Positions 1 through 8,740 of a DNA stretch of 64,000 nt are shown in pieces; position 1 is the stretch's first letter; each line of letters starts with the position of its first letter. Made by a program: the position numbers and the translations under genes. Below the pieces are notes generated by a model. It was not told the DNA's origin. It was given only the letters and a program-made list of their open reading frames with translations, and searched no databases. This stretch comes from an archaeon UBA543 (lineage in GTDB: Archaea; Undinarchaeota; Undinarchaeia; Undinarchaeales; UBA543), in contig DAPM01000017.1 of NCBI GenBank assembly GCA_002502135.1, forward strand, positions 5,548 to 69,547. The letters run 5' to 3'.

Positions 1-213
1 TCTATTCCTTGTACGGTGCCTCATAGCTTCTATTACGCCAGCACTTATGTAAACTTCAATTGGACCTTTCCCTGGATATGTATAACTAATATTATCTTCA
101 GGAGGTTCTGCTTCCATAACCTCTACTTTTGTTTCACTAACAATCTTTGGTTGTGTCTTCCTCACAATTCTTGGTGGTTTCTTCTTCACAATCCTCGGCG
201 TTGGCACTGTCAT
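1..213 (-). CDS. 5' part of a gene running off the window edge; possible JAB/MPN-domain protein with a basic repetitive N-terminus
   Basis: Not in the ORF track. Read by hand from ATG at 213: MTVPTPRIVKKKPPRIVRKTQPKIVSETKVEVMEAEPPEDNISYTYPGKGPIEVYISAGVIEAMRHRTRNR, open to base 1. VYISxxxxxxMxxH resembles the start of an MPN fold (weak). Confidence 0.55.
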   Translation of the reverse strand, partial: MTVPTPRIVKKKPPRIVRKTQPKIVSETKVEVMEAEPPEDNISYTYPGKGPIEVYISAGVIEAMRHRTRNR

Positions 214-285
214 ACTTATCCTTGTATCTGTTTTCCCTTATATCCTTTCCCAAAGTATTTATCCAGCGAAACCACAGTTTCTCTA

Positions 286-705
286 ATGAAACAGAATATT
301 ACAGCTCACGGCCATGCAAATGTACTCAGCACACACTCTACAACTATTGAAATCACAAAAGAAACAGAATTAACATCAGCTGGTGATTGTATTATTGCAA
401 TTGGGGCTTCAGCTTCCTGCGCTGACTTGAATATTGAGCTGAGGAAAGCAATTCAGGAAGGCAAGAAGATTAAAGTGACTCTGAAAGTCGGAGAAACTGA
501 GGATGTTGTTACTGGTTTTGGAAACCCTGAATTGACTTTGAAGCACACCCATGACATTGTTATTCGCAAATCAGATTTCAAATGCTCCAGAACTTTAATG
601 ATTAATTCTGACAAAGCTGCTTGTGATTTGAAACCTGAATTAATTGAGAAATTGAAGAAACCAACAAGCAAACTGAATTTTACTATTGAAGTATTAAACC
701 TATAA
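286..705 (+). CDS. DUF371 family archaeal protein
   Basis: AHGHANVLSTHSTTIEITKE, GDCIIAI, IVIRKSDF and NSDKAACDL match the DUF371 pattern. ATG 286 is preferred over the track start at 16. Confidence 0.85.
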   Translation: MKQNITAHGHANVLSTHSTTIEITKETELTSAGDCIIAIGASASCADLNIELRKAIQEGKKIKVTLKVGETEDVVTGFGNPELTLKHTHDIVIRKSDFKCSRTLMINSDKAACDLKPELIEKLKKPTSKLNFTIEVLNL

Positions 706-1524
706 CCTTTTCCTTGTTTTATTATATTCACGTGTTATATGCGTACACACATCTCCCATATTCAATTTTCCATAATATGAAATAATCTTTCTAAGTTCCT
801 CTCTGAACTTTCTTTCATCTGTTCCACGTTCTGAATTTCCATAATCAATTATCCTAATCTTATCTTTTAATTGGAGTTTTGTGTTAGCTACATTAGTTTT
901 ATTTATGAAGACGTGAGCCCCAGGATCATCATTATGAAGTATTCCTGCTGAGTGAAGATTTGCCACTATTTGTCCAATAAGCTTGCATACAGTAACCTTT
1001 CTCTTATTAACTGTTTTCATTATTTCTGGATTGTAAATTTCTCCCCACCCTTTGGCAGGGTCTAGAAACTCCTCCTCAAACATGTAAATATTTGATTTCA
1101 TATACATGAGGTTCGTATAAATAAAATCATAAACCTCTGGCGATGCTCTTGCTTTTTCAAAAGCGTCTTTTGAAATATCATACTCTGTTTGTGATTCTCC
1201 TTCTCTATCCAGTGTTATACAATGCTCTGGTTTAACTACTCTAAACTCCCGTCTTTTTGTATAAAGAAAGACCAAATCATATTTATTATCCATTAAGTAA
1301 TTGCTTAATAACTCATACCCAGCCTCGTTGTACATAACTGTTCTTTTTTTATGAAAATCACCTTTTGCAAGATATTCTGGGTTTTTGAATATGTATATCT
1401 TCTCTGCTCCCAAATCTTTTAATGTCTTGTAGAAAACTTCAACACAAGTGTATAGTTTTCTATCCTTTCTTTGTCCAAATGGGTTTATTAATTTCCAATA
1501 ATTCTTGTAAATTCTTTCTGCCAT
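700..1524 (-). CDS. atypical protein-kinase-like protein (Bud32/RIO/Kdo-WaaP superfamily)
   Basis: C-terminal GQIVANLHSAGILHND...IRIIDYG resembles the catalytic loop and DFG-equivalent; the N-terminal half is not recognised. Confidence 0.55.
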   Translation of the reverse strand: MAERIYKNYWKLINPFGQRKDRKLYTCVEVFYKTLKDLGAEKIYIFKNPEYLAKGDFHKKRTVMYNEAGYELLSNYLMDNKYDLVFLYTKRREFRVVKPEHCITLDREGESQTEYDISKDAFEKARASPEVYDFIYTNLMYMKSNIYMFEEEFLDPAKGWGEIYNPEIMKTVNKRKVTVCKLIGQIVANLHSAGILHNDDPGAHVFINKTNVANTKLQLKDKIRIIDYGNSERGTDERKFREELRKIISYYGKLNMGDVCTHITREYNKTRKRL

Positions 1525-1558
1525 TGCATTTTTAATAGACTTTCTGAATACTTATAGC

Positions 1559-2380
1559 TTACGCGCTCTCTTTAAACTTCAACACATTCTGATCTAATTC
1601 AACACCCAAATCATTAGCAACAGGCTCACACTTTGCCTTCAGCATAAACAAAATCCTTCTTGGATTCTCACTCAAGGTTTCGTAATGCCCCATCCCCTTT
1701 GCAATTACCAAGTCAGCTGTTTCAAATTCTTTCAAAAACTCTTCAGAAGCTTCAACAAGATTTGTTCCAATACAATCAGTTCCAATTGAAATCACTTTAC
1801 AATATTTTTCATAACCAGCTTCCTTTAAATCAGTAACAGTAGCATCATTAGTAATGTCACTTTCTTTTCCAGCAACAATAACGTCAGCTTCTATTTTCTT
1901 AATAAACAGCAAATCAAACAAATGCTCCCCGCAATTGTCTGTTAAATACAAAATCTTCTTTCCTTTTTGGAAATATTTCTTAGCCTTGTCAAAATCATCA
2001 ATCGCCAGTTTAATATTGAATGCATCAGCAACATTTTCCAACTCCTGCTCACTTCTTACAGTAACAACATCAACAAAATTACCAGCTACAGCAGATCGGC
2101 AAGCATCTTTCAGGGTTTTAATAGTTGGCTCAACTTCTTTCAGGATTTCAGTAGCTGCTTCAGTGCCTTCCTGTTTCTCCCCTGCAAATGGGTTCTTGCC
2201 AGTCTCTTTCATTATCAATCTGTGAAAAACAGTGCCTTCTGTTGCAGGAATACCTTGGATGTGCTCTTTAGAATATTTCAATGCCTCTTGTTTAACTTCT
2301 TCAGAAACTTTTCCTAATGTCACAGCTCGCTCTATCTGCTGTTTCTGGCACTCCAAGCAATATTTCGGGTCACTTTTCAT
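1559..2380 (-). CDS. DUF89/ARMT1-like damage-control phosphatase
   Basis: N-terminal CxxC, AGNFVD, YLTDNCGE, IAKGMGHYE and LKAKC motifs. Confidence 0.9.
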   Translation of the reverse strand: MKSDPKYCLECQKQQIERAVTLGKVSEEVKQEALKYSKEHIQGIPATEGTVFHRLIMKETGKNPFAGEKQEGTEAATEILKEVEPTIKTLKDACRSAVAGNFVDVVTVRSEQELENVADAFNIKLAIDDFDKAKKYFQKGKKILYLTDNCGEHLFDLLFIKKIEADVIVAGKESDITNDATVTDLKEAGYEKYCKVISIGTDCIGTNLVEASEEFLKEFETADLVIAKGMGHYETLSENPRRILFMLKAKCEPVANDLGVELDQNVLKFKESA

Positions 2381-3378
2381 TTACTTAAAACAGTTCTCCC
2401 AGTCTTTGTAACCAAAATATCATCCTCAATCCTGATTCCGAACTTCCCTTTAATGTAAACACCAGGCTCTACAGTGAAAACCATGCCCGGCTCCAAAACA
2501 GTTTCGAACTTCTTGCCAATATATGGCCACTCATGAATTGTCAAGCCAATTCCATGTCCAGTTGAATGTCTGAGTGTGTACCCGTTCTTTTTCAAATGGT
2601 TTGAGCAGATGTTATCAATCTCTTTAGCTGTTTTACCAGGAGCAACAGCGTCAATAGCAAGTTCCTGAGCTTCTTTAACAATCTCATATGCTTTTTCAAA
2701 ACTCTTATCTCTCTTCAGCCGAACCGTTCTTGTTAAATCAGCATGATAACCTTTCCACTTTGCTCCAATATCGCATAACAGGCAAACTCCATTCTTATCT
2801 TTAGTCGGTTTAGCATGCGGAAGTGCCGCATTCTTGCCATAAGAAATTATTGGATCAAAAGACCATCTGGCTTCTTTCCGCCTCAGAAACGCTGACATAT
2901 CTGCAGAAATATCCAATTCACTTTTTCCAGGAACCGCCAGCTTGAACATTTCTTTTGTCAGGCTTATTGCTTTCCTCAATTTCGCAACCTCAGCAGGAGT
3001 TTTAATTGCCATCATCTTCACAAGCTCCCTAGAAACATCCTTAATCAGAATATTGTGCTTTTTCAGAAACTTGTAAATCTCAAAAGGAAGAGCCTTTCCA
3101 TTAATCCCTACTGTTTTCCCTTTCATCTTTTTGAAAATACTCTCAAAACTTTTCTTCGGCCTTGCTATAACATTCAACTCTGAATCTTTTTTTGCTCTAG
3201 GAGTCTCAAAACCAGAAACATAAACTTTCTGCGTCGAACTGCCCATATAAACAGCTTTTTCGTAATCAAGCAAGCCGGTCATGTAGCTGAAAGCCGGGTC
3301 TATCAAGTGCAGTTTTGGGCTGACAAGAACTAGTGCATCCAATTCTTTTTCTTTCAACAGAGGCTTGATGTTAATCAC
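2377..3378 (-). CDS. Xaa-Pro aminopeptidase/prolidase (M24B)
   Basis: PHA, DIGAKWKGYHADLTRT, HSTGHGIGLTIHE, FTVEPGVY and GIRIEDD metal-binding motifs. Confidence 0.93.
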   Translation of the reverse strand: MINIKPLLKEKELDALVLVSPKLHLIDPAFSYMTGLLDYEKAVYMGSSTQKVYVSGFETPRAKKDSELNVIARPKKSFESIFKKMKGKTVGINGKALPFEIYKFLKKHNILIKDVSRELVKMMAIKTPAEVAKLRKAISLTKEMFKLAVPGKSELDISADMSAFLRRKEARWSFDPIISYGKNAALPHAKPTKDKNGVCLLCDIGAKWKGYHADLTRTVRLKRDKSFEKAYEIVKEAQELAIDAVAPGKTAKEIDNICSNHLKKNGYTLRHSTGHGIGLTIHEWPYIGKKFETVLEPGMVFTVEPGVYIKGKFGIRIEDDILVTKTGRTVLSK

Positions 3379-3409
3379 AATTAGAATTAGTCTTTAAGCG
3401 TATTAAAGC

Positions 3410-3775
3410 TTAGTGATTTGCAATATGCTTCAGCTTTTCAGCGTGGATTAACTGGTTTTTGTTATGGTCGTAGAAGTGCCGCAGGAACTCCCTTCCAGCT
3501 GCTTCAATACCGAATTCTTTCTCAAATTTCTCCAGTGCTGCAATATGATGCCTGTTTCCAGGTTTTTCAACAAACCGAACCATCTTTTCCAAGTCAGTGT
3601 CTGTTAGTTGATCCAGTGCTTCAGCGTATTTGTCTCCTAGAATCTTGTGCTGGTCAATAGAAGTTCTGAGTTTTGCAATATGATCCTGCACATCTGCGTG
3701 CATTGGTGTGATTTTTGTTAGAATATGAAGTATTTCGTCAAAGAATTGGCTGATTTCTGCGTGGTCTGGGGTCAT
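3410..3775 (-). CDS. hypothetical helical, His-rich protein
   Basis: 121-aa ORF with a 4-nt overlap to the upstream gene; no family recognised. Confidence 0.6.
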   Translation of the reverse strand: MTPDHAEISQFFDEILHILTKITPMHADVQDHIAKLRTSIDQHKILGDKYAEALDQLTDTDLEKMVRFVEKPGNRHHIAALEKFEKEFGIEAAGREFLRHFYDHNKNQLIHAEKLKHIANH

Positions 3776-4389
3776 TTGTATCCAAAAAGTTCTTTTGCAA
3801 AATTTTTCTTTAGGTTATTTGTTCCTTTATCAATATTATCTAAAAGCTCTATTTTTTTCTTTGCATCACTATTAAAAAGAGTTTGACAAATTATTATCTG
3901 TTCTCTAAGTGCTGTTAAAAACTCTTTCAATATATCTTGTTCTTCTGTATCTTTATCGGTGTAAAATTTTATAGTATTGTTATATGTGTCCTCAAGTTCT
4001 GTTAGTTCTTTTCCGTGTTTCTCTCCAAGCTCTTCCTGTATTGATTTATGTTTTTCCAAAAAATCTATCATTTGGTCCTGAAGTTCTTTTGGGGTATGTT
4101 TTAAAAGGTATTTTTTATTTAAGTTAGAGATAGTTTCTAAAGTCTCAAATGTGTGCATAAACTGGTAAATACTCTCTTCACCTTTTTTTAATTCTTCTTT
4201 TAATTCTGTCGGCACATTCATATCTAAAAGTACTTCTTGCATTCCCATAATTATCTGTGCTCTAGTGAAATATATATTAAAATCGACATTGAGTGTTTTT
4301 TCCCATAATAAATCAACATGTATCCAATCTTTTAATAATTCCTTTACCAAGAATGGACTTATCTTCGTCTTGAGTTTTTCAAATTTCAT
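3772..4389 (-). CDS. hypothetical coiled-coil/helical protein, very AT-rich
   Basis: Start moved to MKFEKLK (4389) because the track extension overlaps the tRNA; charged helical composition. Confidence 0.6.
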   Translation of the reverse strand: MKFEKLKTKISPFLVKELLKDWIHVDLLWEKTLNVDFNIYFTRAQIIMGMQEVLLDMNVPTELKEELKKGEESIYQFMHTFETLETISNLNKKYLLKHTPKELQDQMIDFLEKHKSIQEELGEKHGKELTELEDTYNNTIKFYTDKDTEEQDILKEFLTALREQIIICQTLFNSDAKKKIELLDNIDKGTNNLKKNFAKELFGYK

Positions 4390-4424
4390 TGTGTTCTCTT
4401 GTATTACTTCATATAAATAATTAA

Positions 4425-4510
4425 TGCGGGAGAAGAGATTCGAACTCTCGAAGGCACTAAGCCACAGCGACCTGAACGCTGCACATTTGACCAAACTTTG
4501 CTACCCCCGC
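4425..4510 (-). tRNA. tRNA-Leu (CAG), no intron, CCA not encoded
   Basis: Reverse complement folds: acceptor GCGGGGG/CTCCCGC plus discriminator A, anticodon stem CAGCG/CGCTG with loop TTCAGGT, long variable arm GGC-TTAGT-GCC, T arm GAGAG-TTCGAAT-CTCTT. Confidence 0.96.
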
Positions 4511-4547
4511 AATAACTTTTTCTATAAAATCGCTATTTAATAAGCTT

Positions 4548-4865
4548 TTACACAGGTCGTCCAGCATTAACAAAAGTAACAGTATCAACACCATCAACTT
4601 CATTCAAAGCCTGTTCCAGTGCATCCTGTGACCCACCAGCATCTGGTATTTCATAAGTAGCAACAACTTTCTTAGTTCCAAAAACAAAATCCTGAACTTC
4701 AATTGCACCAACATTGCAGTAATACTGCTCGTCCACACTCTCATCTTTAGAGCTAGGCCCGGAGCCAATTATAGTAACTCCTTTCAGCTTCTCAGCAACA
4801 ACGTCGGCTCCCGCCTGGTCGTTCTGGCTTGGTACAACATCGTAAACAATTATTACGCTTCCCAT
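4548..4865 (-). CDS. ef1b: archaeal translation elongation factor 1-beta
   Basis: MGSVIIVYDVVP...FVFGTKK...PDAGGSQDALEQALNEVDGV, in the conserved position directly after the HVO_2753-type Zn finger gene. Confidence 0.85.
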   Translation of the reverse strand: MGSVIIVYDVVPSQNDQAGADVVAEKLKGVTIIGSGPSSKDESVDEQYYCNVGAIEVQDFVFGTKKVVATYEIPDAGGSQDALEQALNEVDGVDTVTFVNAGRPV

Positions 4866-4867
4866 TT

Positions 4868-5029
4868 TTAAGGTCCCACAAATTTGCATTTAGAGCAAGT
4901 GTACTCTCTAGACAGCTTCTTGCACCTCTGGCATCTTCCAATCACAATGTCGCTGCAACCAGGGCACTTGAATTCTGCTTTCACTTCTTCTGCTTCGAGA
5001 TTTGCTCCGCAACTAGTACATGTAGTCAT
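4868..5029 (-). CDS. HVO_2753/DUF1610 family small zinc-finger protein (53 aa)
   Basis: Below the track cutoff. Translated by hand: MTTCTSCGANLEAEEVKAEFKCPGCSDIVIGRCQRCKKLSREYTCSKCKFVGP, with four CxxC motifs, terminal GP and synteny with ef1b. Confidence 0.93.
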   Translation of the reverse strand: MTTCTSCGANLEAEEVKAEFKCPGCSDIVIGRCQRCKKLSREYTCSKCKFVGP

Positions 5030-5141
5030 AGTAGGGTTTTGTATAAAATGGGTTGGTTATAAATGTTATTGTTTACCTGCCCCTACAAATCCAATTTACA
5101 TAATGCTTTTAAACTAAATTTAGGACTATTTCTTGTTCAAA

Positions 5142-5798
5142 ATGGGACTAGTGATTTTAAATTTCAAGGCGTATGAAGAAGCAACAGGCTCTAAAGCAGA
5201 GGAACTCTCAAAAATCTGCAAAGAGACAGCTGAAGCAACAGGAGCTCGGATTATAGTGGCTCCGCAAACAGCAGATATTCTAAGAACTTCTCCATTAATT
5301 GAGACTATTGCACAGTCTGCAAGTTCTATAAAACCAGGATCTGGCACAGGTTCTAATCTTGTTGAATCTCTGAAACAAGCTGGAGCAGTTGGCTCAATTC
5401 TGAACCACTCAGAACACAGAATTCCGCACATGCAGATTTCTGAAACAGTTCTGAGACTAAAAGAAGCTGGAATGATTAGTGTTGTCTGTGCTCAGGACGA
5501 TGAAGAAGCCAAGGCTTTGGCAGAATTCGCTCCAGATTACATTGCAGTTGAGCCTCCAGAACTAATTGGCTCAGGTGTTTCAGTATCACAATCAAAACCA
5601 GAAGTAGTTACCAAAACAGTTGAAAATATAAAACAGGTTAATCCTGATGTTAAGGTACTCTGCGGTGCAGGAATCTCAAACGGATCTGATGTGAAAAAAG
5701 CATTGGAACTTGGTGTTGATGGTGTTCTGCTTGCAAGCGCTTTCACAAAAGCAGCTGACCCAAGGGCAGTGCTTCTGGATATTTGTGGTGGATTATAA
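5142..5798 (+). CDS. tpiA: triosephosphate isomerase, archaeal type
   Basis: ILNFKAY, LNHSEHR, AVEPPELIG, LCGAGI and GVLLAS motifs. Confidence 0.97.
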   Translation: MGLVILNFKAYEEATGSKAEELSKICKETAEATGARIIVAPQTADILRTSPLIETIAQSASSIKPGSGTGSNLVESLKQAGAVGSILNHSEHRIPHMQISETVLRLKEAGMISVVCAQDDEEAKALAEFAPDYIAVEPPELIGSGVSVSQSKPEVVTKTVENIKQVNPDVKVLCGAGISNGSDVKKALELGVDGVLLASAFTKAADPRAVLLDICGGL

Positions 5799-7021
5799 TG
5801 GCTTTCAAAACTATTGACAACTTTGACTTCAAGGGCAAAACAGTCCTTGTCCGTGTGGATATAAATTGTCCAATTGATCCTGAAACTAATGAGTTCCTGG
5901 ACACACGAAGAGTACGAATTCACACTAAAACCATCAAAGAGCTTTCAGATAAGGGTGGCAAAGTTGTTGTTTTAGCTCACCAAGGCAGACCAGGCTCTGA
6001 ATACGACTTTACAAGCCTGGAAAAGCACGCTGAAGAGCTTTCAAAGCACACAGGCAACGGTGTCAAGTACATTCCTGATGTTATTGGTCCTACTGCTCAA
6101 GCAGCAATAAAGGCCATGCAGGACGGCGACATTATTGTTCTTGAAAATGTCAGATTCCTGGCTGAAGAACTGCTCAAAAGACCTTCAGATGTGCAGGCTA
6201 ATACTCACTTTGTGAAAACACTAGCACCACTTGCAGACTACTTTGTGTGCGATGCTTTTGCAACAGCACACAGGTCACAGCCTTCAATTGTCGGATTCAC
6301 AGAAGTTCTTCCATCCTGCGCAGGTCGGGTAATGCAAGAAGAAGTTGAAGTAATGGCAAAAGTCTTGGAATCAAACAAAAAGCCAGCAATTTACATTGCC
6401 GGCGGAGCAAAAGTAAAGAGTTCACTTAGGGTTATTAAAACTTTCCTGGAATATGGAGTAATGGACAAAATCCTGACAAGCGGACTTGTAGCTTCTGTTT
6501 TCCTTTCAGCAAAAGGATATGATATTCCTGGAAAAGATTACATTGACAATTACGAAACTCACCTGAAAACAGCAAAAGAATTACTTGCAGAATACTCAAC
6601 TCAGATTGAAATTCCAATGGATCTTGCACTTGACAAACAGGGCAAAAGGTTTGAAGTAGCACTTTCAGAAATGCCACTTCCTTACAAAGTTGCAGATATT
6701 GGAAACGGCACAATCGGAAGGTACAAGTACATTATTGAAAACGCAGGCACAATTATTGCAAATGGCCCAGCTGGTGTTTTCGAAGAAGCTGCATTTGAAA
6801 AAGGGACAATGGAAATTGTAAAATCAATAGCAGAAGCAGATGCTTTCTCAGTAGTCGGAGGCGGACACATTGCAATTGCAATTGTGAAAGCAGGTCTTGA
6901 GGATAAAATAACTCACATCAGCACTGGTGGCGGAGCTTGCATAACTCACTTGGCTGGAATAAAGTTGTGGGCTTTGGATGCACTTGAGCGAGCTGCTCAA
7001 AAAGAGGTCAAAAATGATTAA
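5798..7021 (+). CDS. pgk: phosphoglycerate kinase
   Basis: VRVDINCP, AHQGRPG, LENVRF, DAFATAHRSQ, GGAKV and STGGGA; TAATG overlap with tpiA. Confidence 0.97.
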   Translation: MAFKTIDNFDFKGKTVLVRVDINCPIDPETNEFLDTRRVRIHTKTIKELSDKGGKVVVLAHQGRPGSEYDFTSLEKHAEELSKHTGNGVKYIPDVIGPTAQAAIKAMQDGDIIVLENVRFLAEELLKRPSDVQANTHFVKTLAPLADYFVCDAFATAHRSQPSIVGFTEVLPSCAGRVMQEEVEVMAKVLESNKKPAIYIAGGAKVKSSLRVIKTFLEYGVMDKILTSGLVASVFLSAKGYDIPGKDYIDNYETHLKTAKELLAEYSTQIEIPMDLALDKQGKRFEVALSEMPLPYKVADIGNGTIGRYKYIIENAGTIIANGPAGVFEEAAFEKGTMEIVKSIAEADAFSVVGGGHIAIAIVKAGLEDKITHISTGGGACITHLAGIKLWALDALERAAQKEVKND

Positions 7022-8027
7022 AGTCGGAATTAATGGATACGGAACAATTGGAAAACGCGTTGCAGATGCGGTTTCCAAGCAGGATGACATGGAAATTGTC
7101 GGTGTTACAAAGACTCGCCCTACTTGGGAAGCAAAAAATGCAATCAAAGCAGGCTACAAACTATTCTGCGGAATTCCAGATAATGTAAATAATTTCAAGG
7201 AAGCTGGAATTGAGCTAGCTGGAGACATTAATGATTTGCTAGGTCAGTGCGATATTATGATTGATTGTTCTCCAAAAAAGATTGGAGCTGAAAATTTGGA
7301 GAAATATTACAAACCACAAGGCATCAAGGCAATTTACCAGGGTGCTGTGAAACACGATGCAATTGGGGAGAGCTTTAATGCACAGTCTAATTACGATTCA
7401 GCAAAAGGAAAACAGAATGTTAGAGTTGTTTCCTGTAATACCACAGGGCTCAGCAGAGTTCTTGGAGCTTTAGACAAGGCTTACGGAGTAAAGAAAGCTA
7501 GAGTTGTGCTAGTTCGAAGAGCTTCCGATCCTGGCAGTTCAAAGAGCGGGCCTGTTGATGGAATTGTTCCAAACCCAATAACAGTGCCAAGTCATCACGG
7601 TCCTGATGTTCTAACTGTTCTTCCAAAGTTGAATATTGTTACAAGCGCATTCAAAGTTTCAAGCACTTTCATGCACGCCCATTCACTTATGATAGAATTG
7701 GACAAGGAAGTTTCAGCAGAAGAAGTTAAAGAACTTTTCAAGAAAACACCACGCTTGCTTATGGTTAATTCTTCAGAGGGATTGACTTCAACAGCAGAGT
7801 TGATGGAATTTGCACGAGACTTTGGCAGACCAAGGTATGATATGTATGAGAACCTAGTCTGGGAAGACTCAATTGGAGTTGAAGGCAATGAATTGTACTT
7901 CTTCCAGGCAGTTCCGCAAGAATCCATAGTTATTCCAGAAAATATTGATTGTATTCGCGCAATGTGCAGTGATGTTAGTGCAGAAGAGAGTATGGAGAAG
8001 ACTAACAAAACACTTGGAATTAAATAA
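7014..8027 (+). CDS. gap: glyceraldehyde-3-phosphate dehydrogenase, archaeal class II
   Basis: INGYGTIGKRVADAV, RVVSCNTTGL, PSHHGPDV and QESIVIPENID. Confidence 0.97.
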   Translation: MIKVGINGYGTIGKRVADAVSKQDDMEIVGVTKTRPTWEAKNAIKAGYKLFCGIPDNVNNFKEAGIELAGDINDLLGQCDIMIDCSPKKIGAENLEKYYKPQGIKAIYQGAVKHDAIGESFNAQSNYDSAKGKQNVRVVSCNTTGLSRVLGALDKAYGVKKARVVLVRRASDPGSSKSGPVDGIVPNPITVPSHHGPDVLTVLPKLNIVTSAFKVSSTFMHAHSLMIELDKEVSAEEVKELFKKTPRLLMVNSSEGLTSTAELMEFARDFGRPRYDMYENLVWEDSIGVEGNELYFFQAVPQESIVIPENIDCIRAMCSDVSAEESMEKTNKTLGIK

Positions 8028-8667
8028 ACCCAACCAAATATCCATAAATCAACATTCCAACATACTTCACTAACCACCAATTAAACAGAAAAGCAACTGA
8101 GGTTCCAATTACATATTTTGACAACGGAGTTTTCATTGGGAATATAATTCTTAGCATCAGCAATAATCCGAGCCACGGGCCATACAAAATCAAATAGTAA
8201 AACGGAAGATTGGAAACAACAACACCGACACTAATCACCTGAACAAACACACCCATCACACTAATTGAAATAACACTATACCCCAACTGTTTCAAAATAT
8301 TTCTTTCCCCAGCTCTGAAAAAACTCTTTAATGGAATATCGGCCATGTAAAGCCACATCCTTAACGGAACCGACAGTAGTCTAAGCACAAGCGCTGTAAT
8401 CGGCCCAAGAGTCAGCACAATCATAAACAGCAAAAAATACGAAAACCGAATCCCAAACTCAGTAAACCTTGTCATTCTAGAAATTGTCAGAAGCAACAAA
8501 AGCCCAACATACAATCCAAGCAAACCCCAATTAACAAAAGAAGCTGCACCAACAAGTAATTTCCAAACCAAATAAACAATAGACAATCCAAAAACAACAA
8601 CAGTCAGCACTATTTTCCAAGGCTCCAGCTTGAACAGAAAGTCTTTAAAGCTCGATTTCCTCTTCAT
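8020..8667 (-). CDS. multi-pass membrane protein of unknown function
   Basis: About six hydrophobic segments; no family recognised. Confidence 0.65.
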   Translation of the reverse strand: MKRKSSFKDFLFKLEPWKIVLTVVVFGLSIVYLVWKLLVGAASFVNWGLLGLYVGLLLLLTISRMTRFTEFGIRFSYFLLFMIVLTLGPITALVLRLLSVPLRMWLYMADIPLKSFFRAGERNILKQLGYSVISISVMGVFVQVISVGVVVSNLPFYYLILYGPWLGLLLMLRIIFPMKTPLSKYVIGTSVAFLFNWWLVKYVGMLIYGYLVGFI

Positions 8668-8740
8668 TTCTTTCTTTCTGGTTTGTCCTCATAATTTATA
8701 TAATACTTGGTATTTAATATAGGAAAAGGGGGAGATACAT

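Noticed and set aside
16-285. N-terminal 90 aa of the track ORF 16..705
   Set aside because: It is the antisense shadow of a - strand gene starting at 213; DUF371 similarity begins at ATG 286.
3379-4424. Provirus or integrative element at tRNA-Leu
   Set aside because: No integrase, att duplication or viral genes were found; kept only as a low-interest islet.
4390-4494. N-terminal extension of ORF 3772..4494
   Set aside because: It runs through the tRNA-Leu gene; ATG 4389 is the plausible start.
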